A DNA stretch of 64,000 bases from Bacteriovoracaceae bacterium (GTDB lineage: Bacteria; Bdellovibrionota; Bacteriovoracia; Bacteriovoracales; Bacteriovoracaceae), in contig OZ244226.1 in NCBI GenBank assembly GCA_965217035.1, forward strand, positions 1,780,146 to 1,844,145, written 5' to 3'. Every line of letters begins with the position of its first letter. The first letter of the stretch is position 1. Of this stretch, positions 1 through 9,914 are shown piece by piece. A program made the position numbers and the translations under genes. The notes below the pieces were generated by a model. The model had not been told where the DNA came from. It did not search any database and saw only the letters and a program-made list of their open reading frames with translations.

Positions 1-2
1 TT

Positions 3-3000
3 GGACTTAACTTAAATGATACAGATAATACAATTACGGATGCATTTTTAAATGTTATCAATCCAAACACTCATACTTCAGATGAATTCTGGACTGTTGA
101 TAGTATTGCCCCTGGACTTACTTCTATTAATAGAGGATCAGTTCCAGCTGCAGACCCAACAAATGCAACGAGTGTTCAATTTGCTGTTACTTTTGATGAA
201 GCAGTTGTTGCCGTGGTTGCAGGTGACTTTGATGTTACGAATACAGGATCAGGGTCTCCATCGATTTCAGGTGTTACTGGTGGTGGTACTTCATGGACTG
301 TAACAGTCAATACAACAGCTACAGATGGTGTCGTAGGACTTGACCTAGCAGACTTCGATAATACGATTCAAGATTCAGCTGGAAATGCTGTTAATCCAAA
401 CTCTCAAGTTGGTGACCAGGCGTGGACAGTCGATAGTATTGCTCCTCAAGTTTCAAGTATTAACAGAGGATCAACTCCAGGGGTTAATCCAACTAACGCA
501 ACATCTGTTGAGTTTGACGTAACTTTCTCAGAATCAGTCAGTCCAGTCGTGATTGGAGATTTTCTTGCAACAAATACTGGTGCAGGAACTCCAACTGTAA
601 CTGGTGTTGCTGGTGGCCCAACAGTTTATACGGTAACTGTTGATACGACAGGGCTTAGTGGTGATATTGGTCTTGATCTTAATGACCTCGATGGAACTAT
701 TGTTGATGGTCAGTCGAACTCAGTTAATCCGAATACACATGTTTCTGATCAAGTTTGGTCTATCGATAACGATGCTCCGAGTGTGACTTCTATTAATAGA
801 GGATCAACTCCAGCAGTGAATCCAACTAATACAACATCGGTTGATTATGATGTCACTTTTGATGAGAATGTTATTAATGTTGTTACTGCAGACTTTGCGG
901 CAGTTGTTACAGGAACGGGAACTGCAACAGTCACAGGTGTTGCCGGAACAGGATCAAATCGAACAATTACTGTCGATGTTACGGGTGTTGATGGAACAGT
1001 AAGACTCGACCTTGCTGATGGTGATAGTACCATTACTGATACATTAGGAAATGCGATCGTTCCAAATACTTATACTGGTGATGAATCTTGGACAGTTGAT
1101 ACTATTGCTCCACAAGTTACGACGATCAATAGAGGAGTCACTCCTGCAGCGAATCCAACAAATGCGACAACTGTTGAGTTTATTGTGACTTTTGATGAAT
1201 CAGTCACAACAGTTGTTGCTCTTGATTTCACTGTTACGAATACAGGTTCTGGTTCACCAGCTGTTACAAGTGTTGCGGGTGCTGGTTCAACAAGAACAGT
1301 TACTGTCGATGTTACAGGTGTTGATGGTGATATTGGTCTTAACCTTGATGATTCGGATAATACGATTCAGGATACAATTGGAAATTCTATTAGCCCGAAT
1401 ACGCATACTTCGGATCAAGTGTGGACAGTTGATACATTTGCTCCGGCAGTAGCTTCTGGTCTTGGATGGACAGAAATAAATCCACATAATGCGACTGGTG
1501 TGAATGCTTCTTGGACAGCTTCAGGAAGTCCAGATCTTTCATCTCAAGATATCGTTTATTTTATTGATAATACTTGTGCGACTCCTGAAGGAACAAGCAA
1601 CCTTGGAATTGGTGCAGGTGTGACAACTGATGCTTTTACTGGATCTGATGGTGGTGTTTATTATTACCACATCGTTAGCTACGATGCTGCTGGAAACTCT
1701 TCAACGTCAGCCTGCTCTTCTGTTATGAATATCGATACTTCTGCTCCGGCAGCAGCGACGGCCTTCTCTTGGGCTGATGTAACTCCAAGTAATGACATTA
1801 ACATGACAGCGAACTGGACTGCGAGTGGTTCGGGAGATGTTCTTAGTCAAACTATTTTCTTCTATGATGATCCATGTACTAATCAAGTTGGTTCTAACGT
1901 TCTTGGTGCTGCAGCTAATACTCAAGGCTTTACGGGAGCGAATGGTAATACTTATTATTTCATTATCCGGACAACAGATACTGCCGGTAACTTTACTGAT
2001 ACAGCCTGTTCGGCTGGACTTGCTATCGATACAGATGCACCAACAGCTCCGACTGTGCCGGTCTGGTCTGAAACTTCGCCACACGATGCTGTTACTGTAA
2101 CATCTTCTTGGACACTTGGTGGATCAGGAGATGTTGCGAATCACAGAGTTGATTATTATACCGTTGCAGGTTGTGGATCTGGATTTAATAGTACGGATAC
2201 AGTCGGTTCAGCGGATACTACTGATTCTTTCACTGGTGTTGATGCTGGTGATTATTACTTCACTGTTACGGCAATTGATAATGCTGGTAATGAGGGAACA
2301 TCCGCTTGTTCTCCTTTAATGGAGCTTGATACGACATTCCCGAACTCTGCAGGTTCATTAACTTGGGCAGAAGGTGCTTCATCAAGTACTTCACCTGTTA
2401 ATGCTTCATGGAGTATTTCAAGTTCTACCGATCTTGCTTCACAAACGATTGACATCTATACAAGTACAACTTGTGCTGGTGGTATTACGGCAACCTCTGG
2501 TCTTTTAACGACTGACAATACTTTCAGTTTTGGTGGTGCAGTTTCGAATAATTCTTACACTTATATTATTACAACAGTTGATACTGCTGGTAATACGACG
2601 ATTTCACCATGTTCAAGTGCAATCTTTATTGACATCACTCCACCTTCAGATGCCACAGCAAGAAGTTGGGTACAATCAGATCCGACGAATACAACATCAA
2701 TCGTTGCAAGTTGGACTCCATCAATTTCTCCCGACCTTGCTAGCCAGGAAATTCAAGTTCACTCAGATGGAACATGTACTTCAGCATTTGGTGTACCTGT
2801 TGGTCTGACAGCTCTTGATAATAGTTATAGCGTTACTGGAGCAAATGGAAATACTTATTCTTATACAATTCGCTCGATTGACTCTGCAGGTAATGATTCA
2901 ACAAGTGCCTGCTCGAGTTCATTAAGCATCGATACAACTGTGCCAACAGGCGGTACCGCATTATCTTGGGCAGAAGGTGCTTATGATACAGACCTTGATG

Positions 3001-6000
3001 TCAATGCGAACTGGACTCCATCGGCTGATGGTGATGAAGCTTCGCAGACGATTAATATTTTTCAGAATGATCTTGCTTGTTCGGGAGCTGCATTCTCTAC
3101 AGTGGCCCTCGCTTCAACAGCGACAGCGACTTATAATTTCATTGGTGGTTCTGATGGAAATGACTATAACTTCAACATCGTAACAGTTGATACTGCAGGG
3201 AACTCAACAACAAGTGCTTGTTCAGCAGCAATTAGGCTTGATACAACTGCTCCAAACGCAGTCACTGGTCTTGGATGGGTAGAAGGAAGTTATTCATCAG
3301 CACTTGGGGTTAATGCAAGCTGGACTGTGAGTACTTCTACAGATATTGCTTCGCAAACAATTCAATTCTATGACGATGGTTCAAGTTGCTCTTCAACTTC
3401 AGGAGCTCCAATTACAGGTCTTGGACCAGGCGTTGCTTCTCAGTCATTTACAGGAGTGAATGGAACAGTTTATGGGTATACAGTGACATCAATTGATAAT
3501 GCTGGTAATTCAACAACAAGTGCTTGTTCTTCGACAATGACAATCGATCAGGATAATCCGCTTGCACCAACAGCTCCAAATTGGGCCGAAACATCCCCAT
3601 ATAATAACAACAATGTGACAGCTCAATGGACGCTTTCGACTTCACTGGATATCGTTTCTCAACAAGTTGATTATTATACTGTTGCAGGTTGTGGTGCTGG
3701 ATTTATTTCTTCAAGTACAAAAACAAATGTTCAAACGAATGACGTTTTTGCGGGTGTTGACGGAACAACTTATTACTTCACTGTCACTGCTGAAGATGCA
3801 GCAGGTAACACAGCGACTTCTGCTTGTGTTGGTTCGGGAATGTTAATCGATGTTACAGCTCCTACTGATGTGACAGGACTTGCTTGGGCTGATCCAGTTG
3901 CTCCAGGTGTGCCGATCACAATTTTTAATCAAACAACGTTTGAAGCTTATTGGACTCTTTCTGTTGATGGAGATGTTGCTTCACAAGATATCACTTATTA
4001 TACAAATCCAAGCTGTACGACAACAACTGGTGTAACAAATAACTTAGGTAATGCTGCAACTACTAATCAATATACAGCAGGAATTGATGGAACAACTTAT
4101 TATTTTCAAGTTCTTTTAACTGATAATGCTGGCAATACAAATCTTTCTCCATGTTCAACAGGTATCTTAATTGATCTTCTTGCACCAGACCCGACAAGTA
4201 ACGAAACAATTGCTTCGCAATGGATTTCAGGAGCGAACCCAGTGGCTTCTCCACTCTTTGATTGGGACAACCCAATTGGATTTGATCATATTGAAGTAGC
4301 TCTTGGTACTTCAGCAGGAGATGATTCAACAGTTGGTTGGACAAATGTTTCAGCGAATGATTCTCATACTTATACAGGTCTCACGTTAACTGAGTGTACT
4401 GAGTACTGGCCATCTGTAAAAGTTCTTGATGCTGCAGGAAATGAAAGTTCTGCAACTGGTAGATCTCCGGCAACTGGATTTATTAGAGATAATACTGCTC
4501 CAGCTGATCCTTCGGGCCTAACGTTACCGGTTGAAAGTGATGCGACAACAACGAGATCAATCACTGTCGATTTCAATGATATCGTTGATAATTGTACTGG
4601 TGGACTTGATAGATACGAAATAGCAGTTTCCACGTCAACAACTTATGCAGGTGTTGTCACGGGCGGAGAATGGACAAGTGTTGGAACGACTTCAGCTGGT
4701 TTTATCGATAATGTAAATCTTGAGATCGATACAAACTACTACATGCTTGTAAGAGCTTTTGACCAAGCAGGAAATGAATCAAATACAATTGCGAGTGCGG
4801 CTTGGGTTATTTCATCTCCTCCACTCCTATTAGTTAAGGGATCTGAAACAACAGCTGCGGGAGCCGATAGATTTAATTTTAATAATACAACTGAGAATTC
4901 AATTGTTTGGTCTGATTCATCAAGGATTGATGGTGGTTATTTTACTCATGATGTTGCATCGAATGCTCATGAAGTTACAATTGATATTACAGGTGATTAT
5001 TGGTTGTCTTATTCTTCTCCACTTGAATCTCCTTCAGTTGGTGGTGGTCAGAGAACGAATACAGCGAATGATCTTTATATTAACGGAGTACTCCAGCCTG
5101 AATGGAGAACAAACTCTTCTTATATCCGTTATCAAAATGATCAAGAAGAAACACATACAGGGATGTCAGGTATCCTTAGTCTGACAGCAGGTGACGTGAT
5201 TCGAATTACGACGAAAGGGACGGCAGCAACAGGTAATATCGTTTCTAATACAGCAACGCTTTACATGGAGTACTTACGACCAGCACGACAACTCTTCAAA
5301 GCACAGGCAACAAGGACTGTCGCTGGGACAAACTATAACGATGCAACTCCTTCAGCATTGAGATGGGATACTCAAGATATGGCTGATTCTGAGTTTACTC
5401 ATGTTGCAGGGAACTCTGGAATTACACTTGCCTCGGCAGGGATTTACAAAGTAGCCGTGAATGTTCCTTACGATGTAACAAGTGGCTGTAGTGGTGCTAA
5501 TAATAATGAAAGAGGGGCGGTTGAGTTGCAGGTTCAGTTAGATGGTCTTGGTGTCACAAGTGCCATCGGACAGAACGGTTATATCCGATGTGCGAGTGGG
5601 ATGGAAGAAGGGAACTCAACTCTTGTTACTTACGTTACGGCAACAGCCGGGCAGGTGTTAACTGTTACAGCCGGAGCAAATACATCTCAAGATGGTGATT
5701 ATGAAGCCTTGAATGATGGTGGGACAAGAACAGCACAAATTTCAATTGAACAGATGGATACTTCAGGAGGTTCTCCTGCAGAGTGGATCATGTTGACAGG
5801 AACAAGGCCGGATGGGAACACCGATTATACAACTAATACAACTCCTGCAACTGCAGATCCATTGAGATTTGATACTCAAGTTCATTATGATACTTCAATT
5901 TATACACATACAGCTGGAACAACAGATATAACTTTTGATGAGGATGGAGATTATCAAGTACAGTTTAATGCAACCTTAGTGAGAACAGATACACCTCCGG

Positions 6001-6275
6001 ATAATTGTAATGATAGAATTAGTATTGTTCACAGTTTAAGACTAAATGGGGTAGAAGTTCCTGGTGGAAGATGCTCTTCTTATATTAGAAATCATTGTTC
6101 TAATTCTGAGAATCATAACCATTTAGAAGCATCTTGTTTCTTTGATACTGTTCTAGATAATATAAGTACAAATGATATTTTAACAATTGAAGTTTATAAT
6201 GAAACAAATCCGTCTGTTAATCCTACAGTTAACTCTCAGGATCCATTCATTTTGACAATTATTAAGAAGCAATAA
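3..6275 (+). CDS. Giant repetitive surface adhesin/fibre protein, 5'-truncated by the window edge: Ig-like repeats, Cys-containing Fn3-like repeats and three C-terminal C1q/BclA-like domains
   Basis: The frame of the 213..6275 ORF is open back to base 3 (GLNLNDTDNTITDAF...). It is Thr/Ser/Asp/Gly-rich, with recurring DTxAP and DxAGN motifs. Confidence 0.85.
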   Translation, partial: GLNLNDTDNTITDAFLNVINPNTHTSDEFWTVDSIAPGLTSINRGSVPAADPTNATSVQFAVTFDEAVVAVVAGDFDVTNTGSGSPSISGVTGGGTSWTVTVNTTATDGVVGLDLADFDNTIQDSAGNAVNPNSQVGDQAWTVDSIAPQVSSINRGSTPGVNPTNATSVEFDVTFSESVSPVVIGDFLATNTGAGTPTVTGVAGGPTVYTVTVDTTGLSGDIGLDLNDLDGTIVDGQSNSVNPNTHVSDQVWSIDNDAPSVTSINRGSTPAVNPTNTTSVDYDVTFDENVINVVTADFAAVVTGTGTATVTGVAGTGSNRTITVDVTGVDGTVRLDLADGDSTITDTLGNAIVPNTYTGDESWTVDTIAPQVTTINRGVTPAANPTNATTVEFIVTFDESVTTVVALDFTVTNTGSGSPAVTSVAGAGSTRTVTVDVTGVDGDIGLNLDDSDNTIQDTIGNSISPNTHTSDQVWTVDTFAPAVASGLGWTEINPHNATGVNASWTASGSPDLSSQDIVYFIDNTCATPEGTSNLGIGAGVTTDAFTGSDGGVYYYHIVSYDAAGNSSTSACSSVMNIDTSAPAAATAFSWADVTPSNDINMTANWTASGSGDVLSQTIFFYDDPCTNQVGSNVLGAAANTQGFTGANGNTYYFIIRTTDTAGNFTDTACSAGLAIDTDAPTAPTVPVWSETSPHDAVTVTSSWTLGGSGDVANHRVDYYTVAGCGSGFNSTDTVGSADTTDSFTGVDAGDYYFTVTAIDNAGNEGTSACSPLMELDTTFPNSAGSLTWAEGASSSTSPVNASWSISSSTDLASQTIDIYTSTTCAGGITATSGLLTTDNTFSFGGAVSNNSYTYIITTVDTAGNTTISPCSSAIFIDITPPSDATARSWVQSDPTNTTSIVASWTPSISPDLASQEIQVHSDGTCTSAFGVPVGLTALDNSYSVTGANGNTYSYTIRSIDSAGNDSTSACSSSLSIDTTVPTGGTALSWAEGAYDTDLDVNANWTPSADGDEASQTINIFQNDLACSGAAFSTVALASTATATYNFIGGSDGNDYNFNIVTVDTAGNSTTSACSAAIRLDTTAPNAVTGLGWVEGSYSSALGVNASWTVSTSTDIASQTIQFYDDGSSCSSTSGAPITGLGPGVASQSFTGVNGTVYGYTVTSIDNAGNSTTSACSSTMTIDQDNPLAPTAPNWAETSPYNNNNVTAQWTLSTSLDIVSQQVDYYTVAGCGAGFISSSTKTNVQTNDVFAGVDGTTYYFTVTAEDAAGNTATSACVGSGMLIDVTAPTDVTGLAWADPVAPGVPITIFNQTTFEAYWTLSVDGDVASQDITYYTNPSCTTTTGVTNNLGNAATTNQYTAGIDGTTYYFQVLLTDNAGNTNLSPCSTGILIDLLAPDPTSNETIASQWISGANPVASPLFDWDNPIGFDHIEVALGTSAGDDSTVGWTNVSANDSHTYTGLTLTECTEYWPSVKVLDAAGNESSATGRSPATGFIRDNTAPADPSGLTLPVESDATTTRSITVDFNDIVDNCTGGLDRYEIAVSTSTTYAGVVTGGEWTSVGTTSAGFIDNVNLEIDTNYYMLVRAFDQAGNESNTIASAAWVISSPPLLLVKGSETTAAGADRFNFNNTTENSIVWSDSSRIDGGYFTHDVASNAHEVTIDITGDYWLSYSSPLESPSVGGGQRTNTANDLYINGVLQPEWRTNSSYIRYQNDQEETHTGMSGILSLTAGDVIRITTKGTAATGNIVSNTATLYMEYLRPARQLFKAQATRTVAGTNYNDATPSALRWDTQDMADSEFTHVAGNSGITLASAGIYKVAVNVPYDVTSGCSGANNNERGAVELQVQLDGLGVTSAIGQNGYIRCASGMEEGNSTLVTYVTATAGQVLTVTAGANTSQDGDYEALNDGGTRTAQISIEQMDTSGGSPAEWIMLTGTRPDGNTDYTTNTTPATADPLRFDTQVHYDTSIYTHTAGTTDITFDEDGDYQVQFNATLVRTDTPPDNCNDRISIVHSLRLNGVEVPGGRCSSYIRNHCSNSENHNHLEASCFFDTVLDNISTNDILTIEVYNETNPSVNPTVNSQDPFILTIIKKQ
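99..1430 (+). repeat. Four tandem 333-bp (111-aa) Ig-like repeats, with a partial fifth at the window start
   Basis: Repeat starts (DSIAP/DNDAP/DTIAP) at 99, 432, 765 and 1098, next unit at 1431, an exact 333-bp period. Shared motif INRG..P..PTN.T.V.F.VTF.E.V. Confidence 0.9.
1431..4812 (+). repeat. About 11 tandem ~100-aa Fn3/Ig-like repeats, most with a conserved Cys pair
   Basis: Units start at about 1431, 1734, 2028, 2328, 2631, 2931, 3240, 3546, 3849, 4173 and 4488. Pattern W..W T.S..D..SQ...Y...C...Y...DxAGN...S.CS. Confidence 0.85.
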
Positions 6276-6285
6276 TCATTAGAGT

Positions 6286-6843
6286 ATGATTCGATTTACT
6301 TTTTTATGTCTTATATTTTCCTGTACTCAGGTAAATGATGAATTTCAGCCTCAATATAATAAGTGGTATCATTACCAGACTGAACTTTTTAAAGTGAATA
6401 AAAGCGATTGGATTTTGTATCATTTAACTTTTCGCTTTGATCAACCACCTAAAAAAAATAGTTTTTTCTTAGAGGTCAATTCTTTTAATGATGAGAGAAA
6501 GTCTCGAGATGGAAAGCATATACTTTATCAAACACAAATTTATGGAGAATTTGAATTAAAAAAAGGAAAGCTTTTTTTGAAATATACTGACTCTGTTGTG
6601 AATCATCGCTATTGTGATTGGGTTCTTTCTCACATAAATCACTTTGAAGAGATCAACTTTTATTTTGATAAAAAAAGAAATCAGTTTTCATCAAACATTA
6701 AAGGAAAAGAAAAACTATTTCGGGCTCGTAAGAAATTGAGTGTTAATAAAAGATTTCAAAATCATCAGGAACAGTTCAACAAAGCAAGCTGTGATTTCTT
6801 TAAGAATCTTTTGGGACCCCAGAAAGGTTTTTTTACTCGTTAG
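6286..6843 (+). CDS. Hypothetical lipoprotein
   Basis: Starts 10 bp after the adhesin stop. N-terminus MIRFTFLCLIFSC is lipobox-like. Confidence 0.6.
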   Translation: MIRFTFLCLIFSCTQVNDEFQPQYNKWYHYQTELFKVNKSDWILYHLTFRFDQPPKKNSFFLEVNSFNDERKSRDGKHILYQTQIYGEFELKKGKLFLKYTDSVVNHRYCDWVLSHINHFEEINFYFDKKRNQFSSNIKGKEKLFRARKKLSVNKRFQNHQEQFNKASCDFFKNLLGPQKGFFTR

Positions 6844-7531
6844 TTTTTTCAACCGCCCCATAAAATCGAATTTGATACTTTAAGTATTCTCCAGGTTTGA
6901 TATAAGGAGCGGCTCCAGTATCACCATAAGTCAGGCTTGGGGGAGCATAAATAATAACAGAGCTATTTGCCCCCGCAATTTTAAAAGCTTCTTGCCATGC
7001 TTTTAAAATCCCCAGATAAGGCATTTCTCTCGGTTCCCCTTTTGGAGTTCCTTCATACTTTTTTCCATCAAGGTGAAAACTTCGATAGCTTAATTTTATA
7101 AAGGTTTTATCAGTGATATTAACTTTTTGACCCTTCTTAAAAACTTTATAAACTAAACCGCTTTTAGATCTAAGAAACTTAGGATCTCTAGCCATAAGAG
7201 CTTCAACAAACTGTTCACCCTTAGTTTTTTCATCTTTTGCTGATTCAGCTCTTTTGTAAGCAATAATATCATCAACTCTAAGAGCGTAGATATTAATCTC
7301 TTCATCTGAAAAATCGACCTCTCCATTAAAATAATCTTCAATTCCTTTTATAAAAAACTTATTGGATTGATCATCCATTCCAAGTTCTTGAATAGCGCGA
7401 GCGTACTTGGTCCCGATGGCATAGGCTGTTTTATCAATCTCTTTTTTAGGCTTGAAATCGACGTCGGAGACCTCAGGGTCTGTTAACTTATTGCAGGCAA
7501 TGAAGAGCAAGAGAGGTAAAAGAAGTTTCAT
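6833..7531 (-). CDS. FKBP-type peptidyl-prolyl isomerase (FkpA/Mip-like), lipoprotein
   Basis: AYAIG N-terminal dimerisation motif, SKSGLVYKV, PPSLTYG...IKPG. Lipobox LFIAC. Confidence 0.85.
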   Translation of the reverse strand: MKLLLPLLLFIACNKLTDPEVSDVDFKPKKEIDKTAYAIGTKYARAIQELGMDDQSNKFFIKGIEDYFNGEVDFSDEEINIYALRVDDIIAYKRAESAKDEKTKGEQFVEALMARDPKFLRSKSGLVYKVFKKGQKVNITDKTFIKLSYRSFHLDGKKYEGTPKGEPREMPYLGILKAWQEAFKIAGANSSVIIYAPPSLTYGDTGAAPYIKPGEYLKYQIRFYGAVEKTNE

Positions 7532-7599
7532 ATTAACTTAGTATAGAAAGGAGAATAGGACTTGGCGATTACTGGATTTAATAAATCAGGTTTAAAAAA

Positions 7600-7627
7600 G
7601 TAGTTTTTCTTTTGTTTTTTCCGATAA
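7600..7627 (+). promoter_or_regulatory. Possible sigma-28 (FliA)-type promoter
   Basis: TCCGATAA -10-like box at 7620-7627 upstream of the 7662 ORF. The -35 match is weak. Confidence 0.3.
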
Positions 7628-7661
7628 GTAACCAAGTTTAATTTCTAAAAAAGGAATCCAC

Positions 7662-8039
7662 ATGAAATTATTTTTAGTTCTACTTTTTTCTATGAATTTT
7701 GCCTTAGCTGAAGAAGGAACGCGAGCTGATAGAAGGGAGGACCGAAAGGCTTACCGACAAGATCGCAAGGCTGACCGTCAAGAATATCGAGAAGAGAAGA
7801 AGGCTAATAGGCAAAAGTACAGAGAAGAGAAAAAGGCTAATCGCCAGTCTTTAAAAGAGGGTGAAATCTCTAAAAAAGAGTACCGTCAACGTAAAAAAGA
7901 AAGTCGGCAGGCTTATCGAGCAGAGAAAAAGATAAACCGCCAGGACTATAGAGCTGAAAAGAAAGCTGATCGACAAAACTTTAAGGCCGAGAGGCGTTCG
8001 GATCGAAAGGCCAGGCGGTCTAGAAAAAGAAATGAATAG
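7662..8039 (+). CDS. Exported highly charged protein with 11-residue repeats
   Basis: Signal peptide MKLFLVLLFSMNFALA, repeats R(A/E)EKKA(D/N)RQxY, AAGGA SD. Confidence 0.75.
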   Translation: MKLFLVLLFSMNFALAEEGTRADRREDRKAYRQDRKADRQEYREEKKANRQKYREEKKANRQSLKEGEISKKEYRQRKKESRQAYRAEKKINRQDYRAEKKADRQNFKAERRSDRKARRSRKRNE

Positions 8040-8069
8040 TTCAAGTATAGGATAGTCGTTTAGTCGGAT

Positions 8070-8093
8070 AAGCCCACCGAAAGTGGGCTTTTT
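8070..8093 (+). terminator. Intrinsic terminator
   Basis: AAGCCCAC-cgaaa-GTGGGCTT followed by T run. Confidence 0.75.
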
Positions 8094-8271
8094 GGCTTTT
8101 TCCAAAAAAACAATATAAAAATTCGTTTATAAGCGAAAAAATGCGTAAACTGTTGACGTTTCGCCCGTAAACCCTTATTTACGTTGCACTATTACTTGTT
8201 TTAAAAGTGAATTTTTAACTACGCATTGCGCAATAGGCGTTCTTGCACACTTAAATTAAGGAGAATTTGCG

Positions 8272-9462
8272 ATGGCAAAGGAAAAATTTGACCGGTCGAA
8301 ACCACACGTAAACATCGGGACAATTGGTCACGTCGACCACGGAAAAACCACTCTTACAGCAGCAATTACTATGACTCTTGCTGAAGCTTCAGGGCTAGAT
8401 GCAAAAAGTTATGAAGATATCGATTCTGCGCCAGAAGAGAAGGCCAGAGGGATTACAATTAATACGGCTCACGTAGAGTACGAAACAGCAAACAGACACT
8501 ACGCTCACGTAGATTGTCCAGGTCACGCTGACTACGTAAAAAACATGATTACTGGTGCTGCTCAAATGGACGGTGCGATTCTTGTTGTTAACGCAGCAGA
8601 CGGACCTATGCCGCAAACAAGAGAGCATATCCTTCTTGCTCGTCAGGTTGGTGTTCCGGCGATCGTTGTTTTCCTTAATAAAGTTGATCAAGTTGATGAT
8701 GAAGAACTTCTTGAGCTTGTTGAGATGGAAATTAGAGAGCTTCTTTCTTCTTATGACTTCCCAGGTGATGATATTCCTATCGTAGCTGGTTCAGCTCTAG
8801 CAGCAGTTGAAGGAAGAGATGAAAATATCGGAAAAGAAAAGATTCTTGAGCTTATGGCGAAAGTTGATGAGTACATTCCAACTCCAGCAAGAGACATCGA
8901 TAAAGATTTCCTTATGCCAGTAGAGGATGTTTTCTCTATTTCTGGTCGGGGAACGGTTGTTACAGGAAGAGTTGAAAGAGGTGTTGTAAACGTTGGTGAC
9001 GAGATTGAGATCGTAGGGATCAAAGAAGCTCAGAAAACAACTGTTACAGGTGTTGAGATGTTTAGAAAACTTCTTGATAGAGGTGAAGCTGGGGATAACG
9101 TTGGAGTTCTTCTTAGAGGGACTAAGAGAGAAGAAGTTGAGCGTGGTCAGTGTTTGATCAAGCCGGGTTCTGTTTCTCCGCACAAGAAGTTTAAGTGTGA
9201 AGTTTATATCCTTACAAAAGAAGAAGGTGGAAGACACACTCCGATCTTCAAAGGATACAGACCACAGTTCTATTTCAGAACAACTGACGTTACTGGAGCG
9301 ATCACTCTTGCAGAAGGGACTGAAATGATCATGCCTGGTGATAATACTGGTTTTGATGCAGAACTTATTACTCCAATTGCAATGGAGAAGGGACTAAGAT
9401 TTGCGATCCGTGAGGGTGGTAGAACAATTGGTGCCGGAACAGTTACAGAAATTATTGAATAG
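8272..9462 (+). CDS. tuf: Elongation factor Tu
   Basis: [18 protein letters not shown] motifs. Canonical sequence. Confidence 0.99.
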   Translation: MAKEKFDRSKPHVNIGTIGHVDHGKTTLTAAITMTLAEASGLDAKSYEDIDSAPEEKARGITINTAHVEYETANRHYAHVDCPGHADYVKNMITGAAQMDGAILVVNAADGPMPQTREHILLARQVGVPAIVVFLNKVDQVDDEELLELVEMEIRELLSSYDFPGDDIPIVAGSALAAVEGRDENIGKEKILELMAKVDEYIPTPARDIDKDFLMPVEDVFSISGRGTVVTGRVERGVVNVGDEIEIVGIKEAQKTTVTGVEMFRKLLDRGEAGDNVGVLLRGTKREEVERGQCLIKPGSVSPHKKFKCEVYILTKEEGGRHTPIFKGYRPQFYFRTTDVTGAITLAEGTEMIMPGDNTGFDAELITPIAMEKGLRFAIREGGRTIGAGTVTEIIE

Positions 9463-9478
9463 TTAGAAAAATAAAGGT

Positions 9479-9522
9479 AAGGTGCCGAGTCTTTTGAAAG
9501 ATTTGGCACTTTATCGTTTTTT
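9479..9522 (+). promoter_or_regulatory. Stem-loop plus U-rich tract between tuf and rpsJ (attenuator or partial terminator)
   Basis: GTGCCGAGTCTTT pairs with AAAGATTTGGCAC (2 G-U pairs), followed by TTTATCGTTTTTT. Confidence 0.55.
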
Positions 9523-9531
9523 GGGAGCGAC

Positions 9532-9840
9532 ATGAAACAAAATAAACTGAGAATTAAATTAAGAGCTTATGATTACAAGATCTTAGATGGTTCTGTTCAG
9601 GAAATCGTCCAGACTGCTAAGAATACTGGGGCGAGAGTTGCTGGACCAATCCCGCTTCCAACGGAGATCAATAGATTCACAGTCTTAAGATCGCCACACA
9701 TTGATAAAAAATCGCGTGAGCAATTTGAAATGAGAACTCACAAGAGATTGGTTGATATTATTGACCCAACTCAGCAAACCGTAGATAGCTTGATGAAACT
9801 TGATCTGTCTGCAGGTGTTGACGTAGAGATTAAGTACTAG
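9532..9840 (+). CDS. rpsJ: 30S ribosomal protein S10
   Basis: [22 protein letters not shown]. Confidence 0.99.
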   Translation: MKQNKLRIKLRAYDYKILDGSVQEIVQTAKNTGARVAGPIPLPTEINRFTVLRSPHIDKKSREQFEMRTHKRLVDIIDPTQQTVDSLMKLDLSAGVDVEIKY

Positions 9841-9914
9841 TAACTACAAGTACCCATTCTTTTCGGAAACCATGAACGCATCCCATAGTCTGTGGGTGAT
9901 GCTGTGGAGGAAAT

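Noticed and set aside
52..5184. Many 60-125-aa ORFs overlapping the adhesin on both strands
   Set aside because: Shadow frames of a biased repetitive CDS, with no RBS or recognisable motifs.
5780..6275. Diversity-generating retroelement target at the adhesin tip
   Set aside because: No template-repeat copy and no reverse transcriptase visible in the window.
7720..8030. 33-bp periodic sequence resembling a CRISPR array
   Set aside because: Degenerate in-frame coding repeats with no unique spacers and no cas genes.
8040..8271. tRNA cluster upstream of tuf (tufB-like)
   Set aside because: No cloverleaf or T-loop motif found, only a terminator and promoter-like sequence.
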